A stretch of 64,000 nt of DNA from Octopus bimaculoides (lineage: Eukaryota). Both the position numbers and the translations under genes were made by a program. Location of the stretch: the NCBI RefSeq assembly GCF_001194135.2, contig NC_068997.1:40208804-40272803 (forward strand), in the 5' to 3' direction. Numbering within the stretch: the first letter of the stretch is position 1; each line of letters opens with the position of its first letter. Positions 25,757-39,419 of this stretch are shown here, one piece after another. The notes beneath the pieces are model-generated. The model was not told where the DNA came from. It worked only from the letters and a program-made list of their open reading frames with translations, and ran no database searches.

Positions 25757-26010
25757 CAGTGGTTCTCAAACATTCTTTTCCTACGAAACCCGTTGATTCC
25801 AGTTTTACTCAGATGGACCCTCATAACCATTTGATGTTTTAAAAATCGTATTATATTTTTATAATTAGATATTGTTAGGAATTGTATTTTAAAAATTGAT
25901 AAAATATTTTGTGAATTGCAGAAGTATAACCAATTTATTGCACGTAAATTTTAACAATAAAGCCTCATATAAACCCCACGGGTCATGTGGACCTTCGTTG
26001 AGAGCCATTG
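25757..26010. mobile_element. hAT (Charlie-like) MITE, uninterrupted
   Basis: TIRs CAGTGGTTCTCAAAC / GTTGAGAGCCATTG; degenerate 8-bp flanks TATTATAT / CACTATAC with central TA; reverse-complement homologue of 8972-10836. Confidence 0.75.
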
Positions 26011-27333
26011 CACTATACCCACTTTAAAAGACCACCACGACACTTACATCCGTTATCTTTCAACACACCACTACTAAAGGTACACCTGTACTATCGAAAC
26101 TATTAGCCTATCCTAATGAATTTGTCAACTTACGAAGCAAGGAGGGAACCTCAGTCTAGTCCCCTTTACTAGTAATAACACATTAATCTCCCTCAAATGA
26201 TACCCTACCATTTTAGGGTCACCTTAGATAAAGTGATTTTAGGCTCCTTAATCCGATGCTTCGCCGGGGTTTTTGCGTTAATCGATATTAACCGATATTC
26301 ACATTCCGACGACCAATGAAGCTGACACTTCAACAGTGCATTGTCACGTATTACATGCATCTCCATAGATATTGCATTGGAAATATTAGAGAGTTATACA
26401 TAGTTCCCGTTCTTTCAGCTAATCCATTCCATTTACTGTTGGACATTCCATTTCGTCGCTTAGATGTATTGCTAGATCAAATAAGCTCTAGTCGTTCGAG
26501 GTGCTAAAAATAACAGTCAAACATAGTTCAAATTACATATCACCATCTAAGACAAAAACGCGTTTAAATTCGAAAGAATACTCTTGTTTCAATATGAAAT
26601 GATGGATGGTCATTGCCAGAACATATTTCATCATAGGGATAATTAATAAGAGTGGTAGGAAATGAAGTCTCCGACAGAGAAGCAGTTTCATGGTGTTCTA
26701 ACTATGACCATCCCATCATTTTATCAGACATAGTAAAGAAGACTTGCTTTGAATTTAATTTGTCTCTAAATGTGTCTCTGTGTGTGTATGCATTTAGTAT
26801 ACACACACATACAGAAACACGCGCATGCACGTACACACACACAGACACAAACACGCGCGCACGCACATGCACGCACACGTATTCGATGAAGACTTGTATA
26901 TTTATTCTGTATGCATTCCGGCAGATTCAAGCGTGAACATGATAAATGCAGGTTTGTGTTTCGTCATACAACTTCTTTCAGATGAATATGTGCACTCCTG
27001 ACTAATGAATCTACCAAGAGTTCGTGCTTCTTGTTTATAACTTCAGGAAACATTCGATTCTACTGGAACATATAAAGAAAAATATGCCAGTCATCGCTTT
27101 CATTCTCGCTTGTCACCGTGCACATCACGATTTATTATCAGTTGGCAGATATCAGCTCGCATCAGCAATTAAATTTGTTTACTGAAGTTATTAACAAAAG
27201 CCAAATTCGCTGAAGTTATAAACAACAACCAAATTTGCTGCTTTTTTTTCTTTTTGTGTGTGTGTATGGTGAAACTTATGAGCGACTCAAAAAACTTCAG
27301 ATAATGTGGAAAAGAAAATATGCCTGGCATATA

Positions 27334-27554
27334 CGAGTGGGTGCTGAAAATTTCCTGGCTTTGGCTAAATCATAGGTTGTACAGTGGGATCAGTTAATAA
27401 TGATTTTATTCAACATATCCCGCTCTCAGATTCACACACTTACTGCAGCTGTCTTTCAGATTTCTTAAGCCTTGCAAAAGAACTCAGACGGTTGGGCCTC
27501 TAACCAGGTCTTTCGCAACACTCTCAAAGCCAGGAACTTTTCAGCGCCCCCACG
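27334..27554. mobile_element. Tc1/mariner-type MITE
   Basis: 29-bp TIRs CGAGTGGGTGCTGAAAATTTCCTGGCTTT / AAAGCCAGGAACTTTTCAGCGCCCCCACG (about 4 mismatches), TA on both sides (27332-33, 27555-56). Confidence 0.88.
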
Positions 27555-28271
27555 TATCAACATTGGAAGTGGTTGCACCCGGAGAAAAACGTTGCCAACT
27601 GAGTTGTTGAGGTCAATAGAAAGGAAAATTTGTTTTATTTTGAGCCATCTGAATCTTGAATCTAAAGGCAACAGTTGAATGGTGTGCAAACGTCAAACTG
27701 AAATCATTCAAGAGATATGGAATTTGGAATACATTCGATGGTACATAAGACGAATATCTGTGGAATGGTTATTGTGCAAACAATAGATATGTACAACCTA
27801 TAATTACAGGCAGCGATAATACAAAGAATCCTTATGATAATACCATTTAGATTGACGATTAGAAAGATTTATGCAGGGCTTAAAGTAATGGACATAGTAA
27901 TTTCGCAGGCTTTTAATAATCCTTTGTATTTGAAAAGTTTAAATTATATAATTGTAAATTAAAGTTGTATTAAATGTAAATTTTGAGCGCACAAATGAAT
28001 TGTTCGAATTTTTCTTTTTCCAGTTACCACTATGTAAAAAGCAAATAGCATACAAATCACGTTTTATAGGCCATTTTTCCTGCCAAGTAGTGATAAACAC
28101 TTGTGATGAAACCACTTTGTTTAATATGCTGGTATTTCAGTTCATAAGAAGCAAAACGGTATCACGTAATTTTACATTTCAAGTTACTCTAAAAGTATAT
28201 TTTGTGTAGCGCATTGTAAACTAACTAAATATACGGCATATTATTTCCGTTAAGATTTATAAATGTGGATA

Positions 28272-28415
28272 AGGCAGAATCGTTACTCTGCCGGGACAAA
28301 AATGCTGAGTGGCATTTCTTCTAGATTTACGTTCTGAGTTCAAATACCGCCTAGGTCGACTTTGTCTCTCATCCTTTCAGGCCCTGGGGTCGATTTAATC
28401 GGCTAACCTCTTCGA
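28272..28415 (+). mobile_element. SINE family B, decayed
   Basis: GGCAGAATCGTTA...TTCTGAGTTCAAATACCGCCTAGGTCGACTTTGTCTCTCATCCTTTC...GGGGTCGAT. Confidence 0.7.
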
Positions 28416-28796
28416 TCAAAATTAGGGAGAATTATGTGTATGTATTTGCATATCGTCATTCGATCTACTAACAATTTCAGCCATATCTATGTTAATCTAA
28501 AATCTTTCCTGAAGCCTCTATAGTTTTTACACCTGTTTCGAAGGAGTACAGCAACTGAGAGTACAAAACTACCTCTCTGGACAGGTCGTCCTTCTGTTGT
28601 AAGCGGAACATCAAGCTGCTGCTTCTAGCACTCATTTTCGGAAACTATATTGAATCACTCACGTGTAATCTAAGGTTCATTCTAAACAATTCTGTGACTC
28701 CCTCTGATATTTCCTCTGAAAGGGAAATACAAGAATACAACATACATAGATTCATTTATACATGCATACATACATTCCTACAACCATACATGCATG

Positions 28797-28836
<40 letters not shown>

Positions 28837-29511
28837 NNNNNNNNNNNNNNNNNNNNNNNNNNNNNNNNNNNNNNNNNNNNNNNNNNNNNNNNNNNNNNNN
28901 NNNNNNNNNNNNNNNNNNNNNNNNNNNNNNNNNNNNNNNNNNNNNNNNNNNNNNNNNNNNNNNNNNNNNNNNNNNNNNNNNNNNNNNNNNNNNNNNNNNN
29001 NNNNNNNNNNNNNNNNNNNNNNNNNNNNNNNNNNNNNNNNNNNNNNNNNNNNNNNNNNNNNNNNNNNNNNNNNNNNNNNNNNNNNNNNNNNNNNNNNNNN
29101 NNNNNNNNNNNNNNNNNNNNNNNNNNNNNNNNNNNNNNNNNNNNNNNNNNNNNNNNNNNNNNNNNNNNNNNNNNNNNNNNNNNNNNNNNNNNNNNNNNNN
29201 NNNNNNNNNNNNNNNNNNNNNNNNNNNNNNNNNNNNNNNNNNNNNNNNNNNNNNNNNNNNNNNNNNNNNNNNNNNNNNNNNNNNNNNNNNNNNNNNNNNN
29301 NNNNNNNNNNNNNNNNNNNNNNNNNNNNNNNNNNNNNNNNNNNNNNNNNNNNNNNNNNNNNNNNNNNNNNNNNNNNNNNNNNNNNNNNNNNNNNNNNNNN
29401 NNNNNNNNNNNNNNNNNNNNNNNNNNNNNNNNNNNNNNNNNNNNNNNNNNNNNNNNNNNNNNNNNNNNNNNNNNNNNNNNNNNNNNNNNNNNNNNNNNNN
29501 NNNNNNNNNNN

Positions 29512-30849
29512 CTAGTGGCGGTGGTGGTGGTGGTGGTGGTAATGGAAAGCGATTGTGATGACTGGTTGTTGTTGGTGGTGATAATGGTGGTGTGTCTATG
29601 GGGGCGGGGGTGATGGTGATGGTAATGGTGGTGGTGGAGGTTGGTAGTGGTGGTGGTGGTGGTGGTGATGATGGTGGTGGAGTCGGCATGATAATGGTGT
29701 GAATTGTGTCATGGTTGTCTGATGGTGGCACCGTATTGGGGAATTTGTCAAAGGTGTGTGACAGTGGTGGTGGTGGTGGTGATGGTAGCGGTAGTAGTGA
29801 TGTCATGGCAAGAGAGGTTAATGCTATGAGTGGTTGCGATGGTTGTGTGGCGGTGGTAGTGGCGGCAGCAGTGCAAGAGGTAGTAACGGTGATAAGGGTG
29901 TGATAGTTGTGTGATGGTGATGGTGATGGTAGGGTGGTGGTGGCAGCTTAGTGTGAGGTCGTAATGTTTGTGTGGTAGTGGTGGTGTTAGTATGGTAACG
30001 GCGATGGTAAAGTAGTGGGGGTGATAGTGGTGGAGAGGTGTGGCGATGGTGGGTTAGCTTGGTAGCGATGATTGTTTGGTGACAGTGATGGTTGTGGTGG
30101 TAGTGTTAGTTACGGTAGTNNNNNNNNNNNNNNNNNNNNNNNNNNNNNNNNNNNNNNNNNNNNNNNNNNNNNNNNNNNNNNNNNNNNNNNNNNNNNNNNN
30201 NNNNNNNNNNNNNNNNNNNNNNNNNNNNNNNNNNNNNNNNNNNNNNNNNNNNNNNNNNNNNNNNNNNNNNNNNNNNNNNNNNNNNNNNNNNNNNNNNNNN
30301 NNNNNNNNNNNNNNNNNNNNNNNNNNNNNNNNNNNNNNNNNNNNNNNNNNNNNNNNNNNNNNNNNNNNNNNNNNNNNNNNNNNNNNNNNNNNNNNNNNNN
30401 NNNNNNNNNNNNNNNNNNNNNNNNNNNNNNNNNNNNNNNNNNNNNNNNNNNNNNNNNNNNNNNNNNNNNNNNNNNNNNNNNNNNNNNNNNNNNNNNNNNN
30501 NNNNNNNNNNNNNNNNNNNNNNNNNNNNNNNNNNNNNNNNNNNNNNNNNNNNNNNNNNNNNNNNNNNNNNNNNNNNNNNNNNNNNNNNNNNNNNNNNNNN
30601 NNNNNNNNNNNNNNNNNNNNNNNNNNNNNNNNNNNNNNNNNNNNNNNNNNNNNNNNNNNNNNNNNNNNNNNNNNNNNNNNNNNNNNNNNNNNNNNNNNNN
30701 NNNNNNNNNNNNNNNNNNNNNNNNNNNNNNNNNNNNNNNNNNNNNNNNNNNNNNNNNNNNNNNNNNNNNNNNNNNNTGTTCTTAGTGATGGTGGCAGTAG
30801 TGGTGACAGTGGTGGTGTTAGTGGTGCTCGTTGTAGTAGTGGTGTTGTT

Positions 30850-30897
<48 letters not shown>

Positions 30898-31755
30898 GGT
30901 GAGTAGAGTGCTAATGTTGTTGCTTGTAATGATGATGATGGTGAGCGTGGCGAGCCTGGTGACGGCGGTGGTAGTTGTGGTAGTAGAAATAATGGTGGTT
31001 TTGTTAGCAATAAATTGTTAGTATTGTTATTCTTGATGTTGTTAATTTGACCCGTTCATCCCTTACAGCTCAGACCTACGGTCAAAGGTATTCCAGTGCT
31101 GACCATCCCATCTTTTTATCAATCTGCAGAGAATCCACAACTCCACATTTACATACAGCACCTCTGTGAGATTTGAAGGAGATTACTTTACTATTTCTAG
31201 CAGTTTGAGTACGCGAAGGCTCTCCCGGTTGATACAGTGGGCTGATATTGCAGGGGTCAGCACAAAAGACTCAGGTCAGCTGCTTCACAAAGGAAATGTC
31301 TGACGATAATGGAGGCGGTGGTGGTGGTGGTGTCTGTGGTATGGAATGTGGGGTGGAGTGGTACTAATGGTAGCAGGGGGTGGTGATTCTTCTTTGAAAG
31401 GTGTGGGGAGGAATGCAAGTTGTCTTGGTGATACATTTAGACATTGATAGTGGCTCTGATGGTGACGGTGGAAATGGTTGTCAATGGTAAAGGTGACGAT
31501 GGTTCTTAGTGGTGGTGGTGCGTGATGGAGATAGTGGTTGTTAATGTGATTGGTGGAGTGGTTGTCAATGGTTGTCAGTGGTGATGGTGGTAGTGTTACT
31601 GGTGACCAACGTTTGTGCTGATGGTAACGGTGCTACGGTAATTTTTCTCCTGCAGGTTCTAGAAGCAGAGTGGTTGCAGATGGTTTTAACAGTAAAGAAG
31701 TAGTGATCGAGTTGGGGGAATGTTTGTAATGGGTGGTTAAGTATGGTGGTGTTAA
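29512..31755. repeat. Degenerate (GGT/GAT/GTT)n-rich satellite-like tract with gaps
   Basis: Long G-rich trinucleotide-derived sequence on the + strand, broken by gaps; source of the poly-V/G/P/T ORFs. Confidence 0.85.
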
Positions 31756-34700
31756 NNNNNNNNNNNNNNNNNNNNNNNNNNNNNNNNNNNNNNNNNNNNN
31801 NNNNNNNNNNNNNNNNNNNNNNNNNNNNNNNNNNNNNNNNNNNNNNNNNNNNNNNNNNNNNNNNNNNNNNNNNNNNNNNNNNNNNNNNNNNNNNNNNNNN
31901 NNNNNNNNNNNNNNNNNNNNNNNNNNNNNNNNNNNNNNNNNNNNNNNNNNNNNNNNNNNNNNNNNNNNNNNNNNNNNNNNNNNNNNNNNNNNNNNNNNNN
32001 NNNNNNNNNNNNNNNNNNNNNNNNNNNNNNNNNNNNNNNNNNNNNNNNNNNNNNNNNNNNNNNNNNNNNNNNNNNNNNNNNNNNNNNNNNNNNNNNNNNN
32101 NNNNNNNNNNNNNNNNNNNNNNNNNNNNNNNNNNNNNNNNNNNNNNNNNNNNNNNNNNNNNNNNNNNNNNNNNNNNNNNNNNNNNNNNNNNNNNNNNNNN
32201 NNNNNNNNNNNNNNNNNNNNNNNNNNNNNNNNNNNNNNNNNNNNNNNNNNNNNNNNNNNNNNNNNNNNNNNNNNNNNNNNNNNNNNNNNNNNNNNNNNNN
32301 NNNNNNNNNNNNNNNNNNNNNNNNNNNNNNNNNNNNNNNNNNNNNNNNNNNNNNNNNNNNNNNNNNNNNNNNNNNNNNNNNNNNNNNNNNNNNNNNNNNN
32401 NNNNNNNNNNNNNNNNNNNNNNNNNNNNNNNNNNNNNNNNNNNNNNNNNNNNNNNNNNNNNNNNNNNNNNNNNNNNNNNNNNNNNNNNNNNNNNNNNNNN
32501 NNNNNNNNNNNNNNNNNNNNNNNNNNNNNNNNNNNNNNNNNNNNNNNNNNNNNNNNNNNNNNNNNNNNNNNNNNNNNNNNCACCACCACCACCACCACCA
32601 AGCTCCACTGCAAGCCTCCTTCTCTCCTTCGCCTCACCAATCCCTCTCTCTCTCTCTCTCTCTCCCCTCTTTACACACAAACACACACAGCACACACACG
32701 CACACACACACACACACACATATAGATACTCGCGCACACATAAAAGCACTCAAATGTATATGTGTGTGTGTGTGTATTTCATTACCTTTCCTCCTTATAA
32801 TTCTGCCTCCCTTTCTCTTTCTCTCGCTCCCTCTCTCTTTCTCCCATGCTGTCTCTCCCCCTTTCTCCTCTGCTTAATCCCCGCGACTCTGGTCTTCCTT
32901 CACACTAGCCATAATATTAATGTGCGATGAACTTAAAGGATATCTACTTGGTGGTCTGATCGACTGGTTTTGTACGAGAAACAATCTCGCTAATGTCGTG
33001 CTTTTCGCTTTAAAATCTAACAGCAAACATAAAGCTAGAAAGTGTCTGCGTGCGTGTGCATATGCCTGCGTATGAATGTGCGTGTGCATATGCATATATA
33101 TATGTATATGTGTGTATGTGTGCTTGTGTTATGTATGGGTGTGCGTGAGTATAAGCGTGTGAGTGGTGTATGTATATATGTGAAAGCAAGCGATTGCACA
33201 AAACGTTGCTGTCACAATTTGTACCTTGTTTCACCTTTCTACTCTGCTAATCAGTCTTAGATTCCTATTAAAAGGACCCTATTAGATTACTGTCTCTAAG
33301 GATGTATGAGGTGAGAAAAGTTCTTGTTGATTACATTTAATTCAAACAAAGTTCCCAATCTTTTCTAATTATATTAATTATATTAAATTAATTGCAGTTA
33401 ATTACGTTTTGATAGCAGGTTAAATTCACTAGATAATTTTGTGTGGTGGAGTAAAAAACTTTACTTAATTTCGTTTAATATTATAAGAGTGTTAATATGT
33501 CTATATAAAGTGTAACGGAGGCAGAGGTGTAGGAAATAAGAGCCAGGTGAGATGAATGTACAACCAGGTTTCGATTCTTGTTTGAAACGAGAATTCGTTT
33601 CATATATGTCGAAAACACTCCTTCGAAAGGCATATGTAGGTTACATAATACCAGCCGACACCGAATAAGTGTGGAGATGGGTCAGTATCTAAATAAGAAA
33701 TTCTCTTTTAAGTTTATCACTATAGAAAATCTATAGAGATAAACTTCAAAGAGAAAATATCGCACTTCTAACACAATGTAAAGCAGTATTGACTCGTAAA
33801 CCTGTAATATACTTGGTAGTACATTATGGTTGCGAAACGAAATACTGTGACCTTGCCAACAATTAATACGAAATAAGATATGTACAAAATGAAGGAAATC
33901 TGCGGTTGTTTAGCTGTCTGTCAGCGCTAATTCGCTAAACCTATAATCAGAAATATTTCAGCCGTAACTACTTCGCATTTTAAGCATATGTAGGACATTG
34001 CTGATACACACATTCTATCCATTTTTGAAGAGAGAAGATCATTCAAGGAAGATTTGGCGGCTTTTTCTAGCAGGTTTTTTTAACGATTGATTAGAAGCTC
34101 CGTTTTTGGTTCCTAATATTAAAAGTTCCATTTGATAGACAGCAGGATCCCGGTTCCCATTCTGATCATATTTTCTTCTTCATACTTCCAATGCCCCTGG
34201 AAAGAACTGCCTCGATGAAATTTTCCCCCGCCCCTTATAACACTTTAGTCCAAAAGATATTTATTTTCCACTTCTACACAGTAAAACTGAAGGTAAATCA
34301 ACTAAACAGACGACAGACTCTGAACTTTTACTTGTGAAATATGCAATTCTCTTCGATGTTCAGATCAGTGTTGCTAAAATTACAGAATTAAGAAGTTAAT
34401 ATTGTTGTATAGCTGTTTAGTCTATTGCTGAGATGGGAGTGCAATCACTATTATTAGAGAATCAACTTTATGCTTTGATTGAACGATTGTCTGGTTCTCG
34501 GATAATTCTGACATCTTGGTCTGAGAGCAGATTCCTTCTCACATCTTGATATTCACCGGATTGACTGTATTCATGTTTTTTAAACTAACCAATTTATCTC
34601 ATACCTGCGCTGTGGAATGCATGCACATGTGTGTGAGTGTGTGTGTGTGTGTGTGCGAGCGCGTGCGAGTGCGTGTGTGTGCGTGCGTGCGTGTGCGTGC

Positions 34701-36479
34701 GTGCGTGTGTATGCGTGTGTGTGTGCGTTGTTTGCAAGTTGATATTACAAATATCACATACATGATTTTAAATATTATTTTATGGAGACGCAATTGCTTG
34801 CATTTGAACACAATTTACAAAAGCACTTGAAATCCAGAAAAAACCCGGCATAAATAATGGACTAAAATAGTAGCTGTTGTTGTTGTTGCTGCTGCAGCTG
34901 CTGCTGTTACTGTTGTTGCTGCTGATGTTGTTGTTGCTGCTGCTGCTACTGTTTACTTCCAGGTCAGCTGGAGTCTTTGTTTTGCAAAACTGCAGCCTGT
35001 TATTTCAAGAAGATTTGGAAGCTATTTCCAAGAAGTGATACAAATACTGTTTCAGTGGCTCACAAATAGTAACGTAACTTCACAGGTTAACTCTTGAGGA
35101 GTATTTGAGCGAATTGCTGAGATCGGGAAACATGTAAGGAGGAGACGAAGATGCATTTGGAGGGACTCTGTATAGATAAAGGCATTAAGCAGGCACGTGT
35201 TTAAGACGAATTGCAATCGGTAGGTCTGATAAACAGCTTTAATGTTCAAAGGAGCTGTGATTGCTTTAAAAAAGGAAGAGATGCAGAACAAAGAAAGTGT
35301 ATTTCGGTAAGTCAGTGCTATTTGCTTTTTTTTTGGGGGGGGGGGGTTTGCTCTATCAACTGCATTCTGTGTATAACAGCAGAACCATCCCAGATATATG
35401 AATGATAGTTACCTTGGTTACAGTTGTTGTCCTTCCTGTTGCTGTTGTTGTTTACACCCAGTCAACCCTCGTTTAGTAAGCCTGTGATCAAAAGGTATCC
35501 CAAACGTGATCGTATTATCTTTATAAAACTACGTTACCCAATATGATCTACCTGTTTTTTTATTATTATTTTTTAAAGAGATTTGAAGAGATAAGGTGTG
35601 ATGTGAAAGAGATTTAGCTGCAGTTTCTGACAGGTGCACTGACCACGTAAAACCTTCTTTATTGGCTCAGTATTCGAATGTGGGTCATTCTTGATATTTT
35701 CGGGTTATCGAAGCGAAAAAATTTTTGAGACTTGTATACAGTGTACATAGTTTTACATTGTTGTATAAGTGAGGTTGTCTAGAAAGATCGTCTAAAATTA
35801 CGAGCCCTTCAACTGAAGCAAATGCTAGGGCTTACATTTGATATCGATTATATTTATTGAGAGTGTGGGAGCGTATTTGTTGTATACCAGGAGACTACAT
35901 TGCAGTTATCCTGTGGAGAATGTTTTGTACGTAGCACAACTTCAAGTTTGAGGCATGGAATATGGGTGAATACGTTTGAGCATGAAACTGAAAAAGTGAT
36001 AGGGATATCATTCGCTTAAGTGTGTGGTAAATACAGGGAATTGTTGTTTAATACCAGATTATTCCTGGTGAACCAGATACGGGTGGTGAATTGGTAGAGT
36101 ATGTCGAATGTAGGATAAAAGTTGTGAATTTCTTGCAGATCCTTATGCAAACCTCAGATACACGTGGCCCTACAAGAAAAATAATACTACGCGTGATTAG
36201 AAGACTTAATCTGGTGATAAAGCTGATTATTCTTGATGGTTTGTATCAGTATATCACCTACAAAATATTGAAAGAGAAAGCAGTAGCGTCAGAAATAAGA
36301 AAATCTGAGGTGAGCTTGATGGTTGACAGAGAGAGGAGAGAGAGAGAGAGAGGAGTTTGATAAGTGTGGGAGCTACAGCAAGAGGCAACTGTTTCAGAAT
36401 AACAATGGAGAACAACACTGCAACTTGTTATTTCATGTTTCATGTTCATATCACTCTCACCTACAATTCATCCCCTGGA

Positions 36480-36770
36480 CCATGCGCCAGCTGTCTCTTT
36501 GCTTAGCAACACAGTCCAGCTTCTAACCACAGATGTGCTCTCTCATTAATGGAAATGTTCTACCACATCTACAGTGGCTTGTGCTCTTCGAAACTGGCTT
36601 AGATCACTCTTTTCTTCTCGTCACACATATTCTGCCATCATTATCCAGAATCCGCACTAACTACTACTGTATCCATTCTTTCTTCACCCGAACGACAATC
36701 TTTCGAATTCCCTGTTTTTCTTGCTGCCATTTATCTGCAGTTGTTAACCCACGTCGATCCCACTATTGAA
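36480..36770 (+). mobile_element. CR1/Jockey-group LINE 3' fragment
   Basis: FYHIYSGLCSSKLA and RIRTNYYCIHSFFTRTTIF resemble the FYRYY.G.CSSELA...RT..Y..SFFPRT..LWN C-terminal pattern. Confidence 0.6.
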
Positions 36771-38654
36771 GTATATTTAGAAAAATGAATTGCATTCATT
36801 ATCTGGTGAGTGAAAAGGAACTTCACAACTAGAGCAGAGTAAATATGCTAATCACTTATCACATTCTTTCGTACTGATAAATACTTACCATGAGATATTC
36901 TAACGATTAATTCTTGAGATTTCTGTTAAAGATAAAATATTCTCTTTTTGTATTAATAACATATCTCGTGATATTTATTTAACTGTGAAAATATCCTTGG
37001 GATTGTGTTTACTTTTGCTAATGTATAAGTTAGATTAGTCTTAAGTGTTTATTGTTGTTTGATGTTGTCTGTAGCTGTTGCTCTGTCCTCTTTTTAACCT
37101 ACTGGTAAGCATTATTTCATAGTTTAACTCCCAACACGATACGCTGTCAAAGAATTCATAGAAGCTTAGTAATCTTAATTAATATTGTTCAATGTACATA
37201 AAATTGTGGTTTGTATGTGTTTGTGTGTGCGTGTGTGTGCACGTTCACGTGTGTATTATAGAAATTGTAGAGGAGACAACTGCTAATGTGATATTTCAGT
37301 AGACTGAAGTGCTGATGCTACATACGTGATATTTTGGCAGAATTGAGTAGAATGAATTTAATAAATAAATATATAAAATTACGTGTTCATTATCAACAAG
37401 TTGGCAATGAAAAAGATACGGCGGCAAAAAGGACGGTAAATTTAAGGAAGTGATAATTGTAACAGACTAAAAGTCGATTAAGAAAAGCGGAAGAGTTGAA
37501 TTAGAATAGTCATATTGAGAAGAAGAAAAAAGAGAGAGAGAGGGGGTGGAAGAGAAGGAGAGAGAAGTAATCTATCGGAAACTATTTTACATATAAAAAG
37601 AAATCAAGAAACAAAGCAAGACTAACGCAAATGTGAGTGGTGTTAAAAGAAAAGTAGAAAGTGGAGAAGAAGTGAGAGTGAAGTAGAGATGGAAGGTGCT
37701 ATGTGTATGGTATGGAAGGGGGTAGGTAGGAATAAAACTAAGAAACAAAGTAGGCTGAAATAATCAGTAAGAGTAGAAATAGAAATTAAGTATGTAAAAA
37801 AAAAAAACGATTGAGAAGTAAAGAATACAGATAAATTGCAGAAAAGACAGAAATGATGCAAGAATTTACGAAGGAAAAAAATAATAAAACAAAACAAAAA
37901 ACGCGAAAATAGAGCATTTAGGAATATCTGAACGTTAAATGAAATCATCGGGAAGAAATCTCGACGAATAAAAAAAAATTGAAAATAACAAAGGCAAGCG
38001 ATGGTTTGATCAGAAAATCTTACGTGCAATGGTGTTGCCAGGTAGATTCCGTCCAAAGAAATTTCCATTTGATAAGTGCATTAATTTACACCAGTAAGTA
38101 GATATATCTTGCAAATAATTGTAATTTAATTATATTAAGGTTTTGTTACGATTTCAAAGAATTTCGAATAAAATACAACATAAAGTCACCGTGTGTATGT
38201 ATGTGTCAGAACATGTTAACGCTTTTTTTTTCTTCTAAACTTTTTAATGAATTCAAAAAGAATTATTTTGCAAGGTAATTCCTGATGAATATTTCAACAG
38301 TCACACACTACACACCTTTTCTACCACTGATATTCCTTACTTATCAGTTCATCTTAATAGGCGCTCTGCATTAAGTTGCATCAGGCCAAACAGAAATCTT
38401 TTACAGAATTTTATTTTATTTATTTAGTTATTTTCATCTTTTGCAGCTGTGTATAACCGAGATTAAAATTCCTGAAAAAAAGTGTGAAAAAGAAAGTTAT
38501 TCAGAGGAAAAGAAAAACGCCTGCTTTAGATTTTGTTGACATTTCTGAAGAATATATTCCGTGTATTATTTTTTTAACAAACTTTGCTCCCCACAAACCG
38601 AAAAGTTTAAAGCTCGGTAAAATACATAGAATATTTTCGCAAACTTTATAGGTG

Positions 38655-39030
38655 CAAGCGTGGCTGTGTGATAAAAAGCTTGCTTCCTAACCACATGGTT
38701 CCAGGTTCAGTCCCACTGTGTGGCACCTTGGGCAAGTGTCTTCAACTATAACCTCAGGCCGACGAAAGCCTTGTGAGTGGATTTGATACACGGAAACTGA
38801 AAGACGTCCGTCGTATTTATACGCAATGTGTGTGTGTATTTTTGTGTCTGTGTTTGCCCCCTCATCACCACAACTGTTTGACAAACGGTGTTGGAGTGTT
38901 TACGTCCCTGTAACTTAGCAATTTGACATAGAAACCGAGAGAATGAGCACCTGGCTTTGAAAATTTAAGTATTGGAGACGATTCATTCGACTAAAAATGG
39001 CTGCAGCCTAATGACTGAATAAAATAGAAG
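38655..39030 (+). mobile_element. SINE family A, full length
   Basis: GCGTGGCTGTGTGATAAAAAGCTTGCTTCC...GGTTCAGTCCCACTGTGTGGCACCTTGGGCAAGTGTCTTC...GTAACTTAGC...AATGACTGAA. Confidence 0.88.
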
Positions 39031-39333
39031 ACAAAAAATCAGTTGTCTATGTTTCAAATTGCACGAATAACTTTTTTCTGCTGGTGACTAAAGTACAAAA
39101 CTAAAATTTGTTGATGAAAGGACCTCGATGTGGTCCATCCATCAGCTAATACTAGCAGCCAATTCTCTTTCAAAGCATGCTCTAAAGTACACACACACAA
39201 AAAAGACTAGAACACATTGGATGACTTAGACACAGATACGCAATAACTCGGAATTCAGCGAGATGGTTACGGCCGAAATTATTTCATAAGTGTGTTCAAT
39301 GAAAGATGCCCATTATCATTATCATTATCATCA

Positions 39334-39386
<53 letters not shown>

Positions 39387-39419
39387 ATGACAGCGAGCTG
39401 TACAGAAATTGCTTAGAGC

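Noticed and set aside
21657-32749. Long ORFs of 250-440 aa spanning N runs, and poly-T/P/V/G 'mucin-like' ORFs
   Set aside because: They stay open only because of gaps or trinucleotide repeats; no splice or domain evidence.
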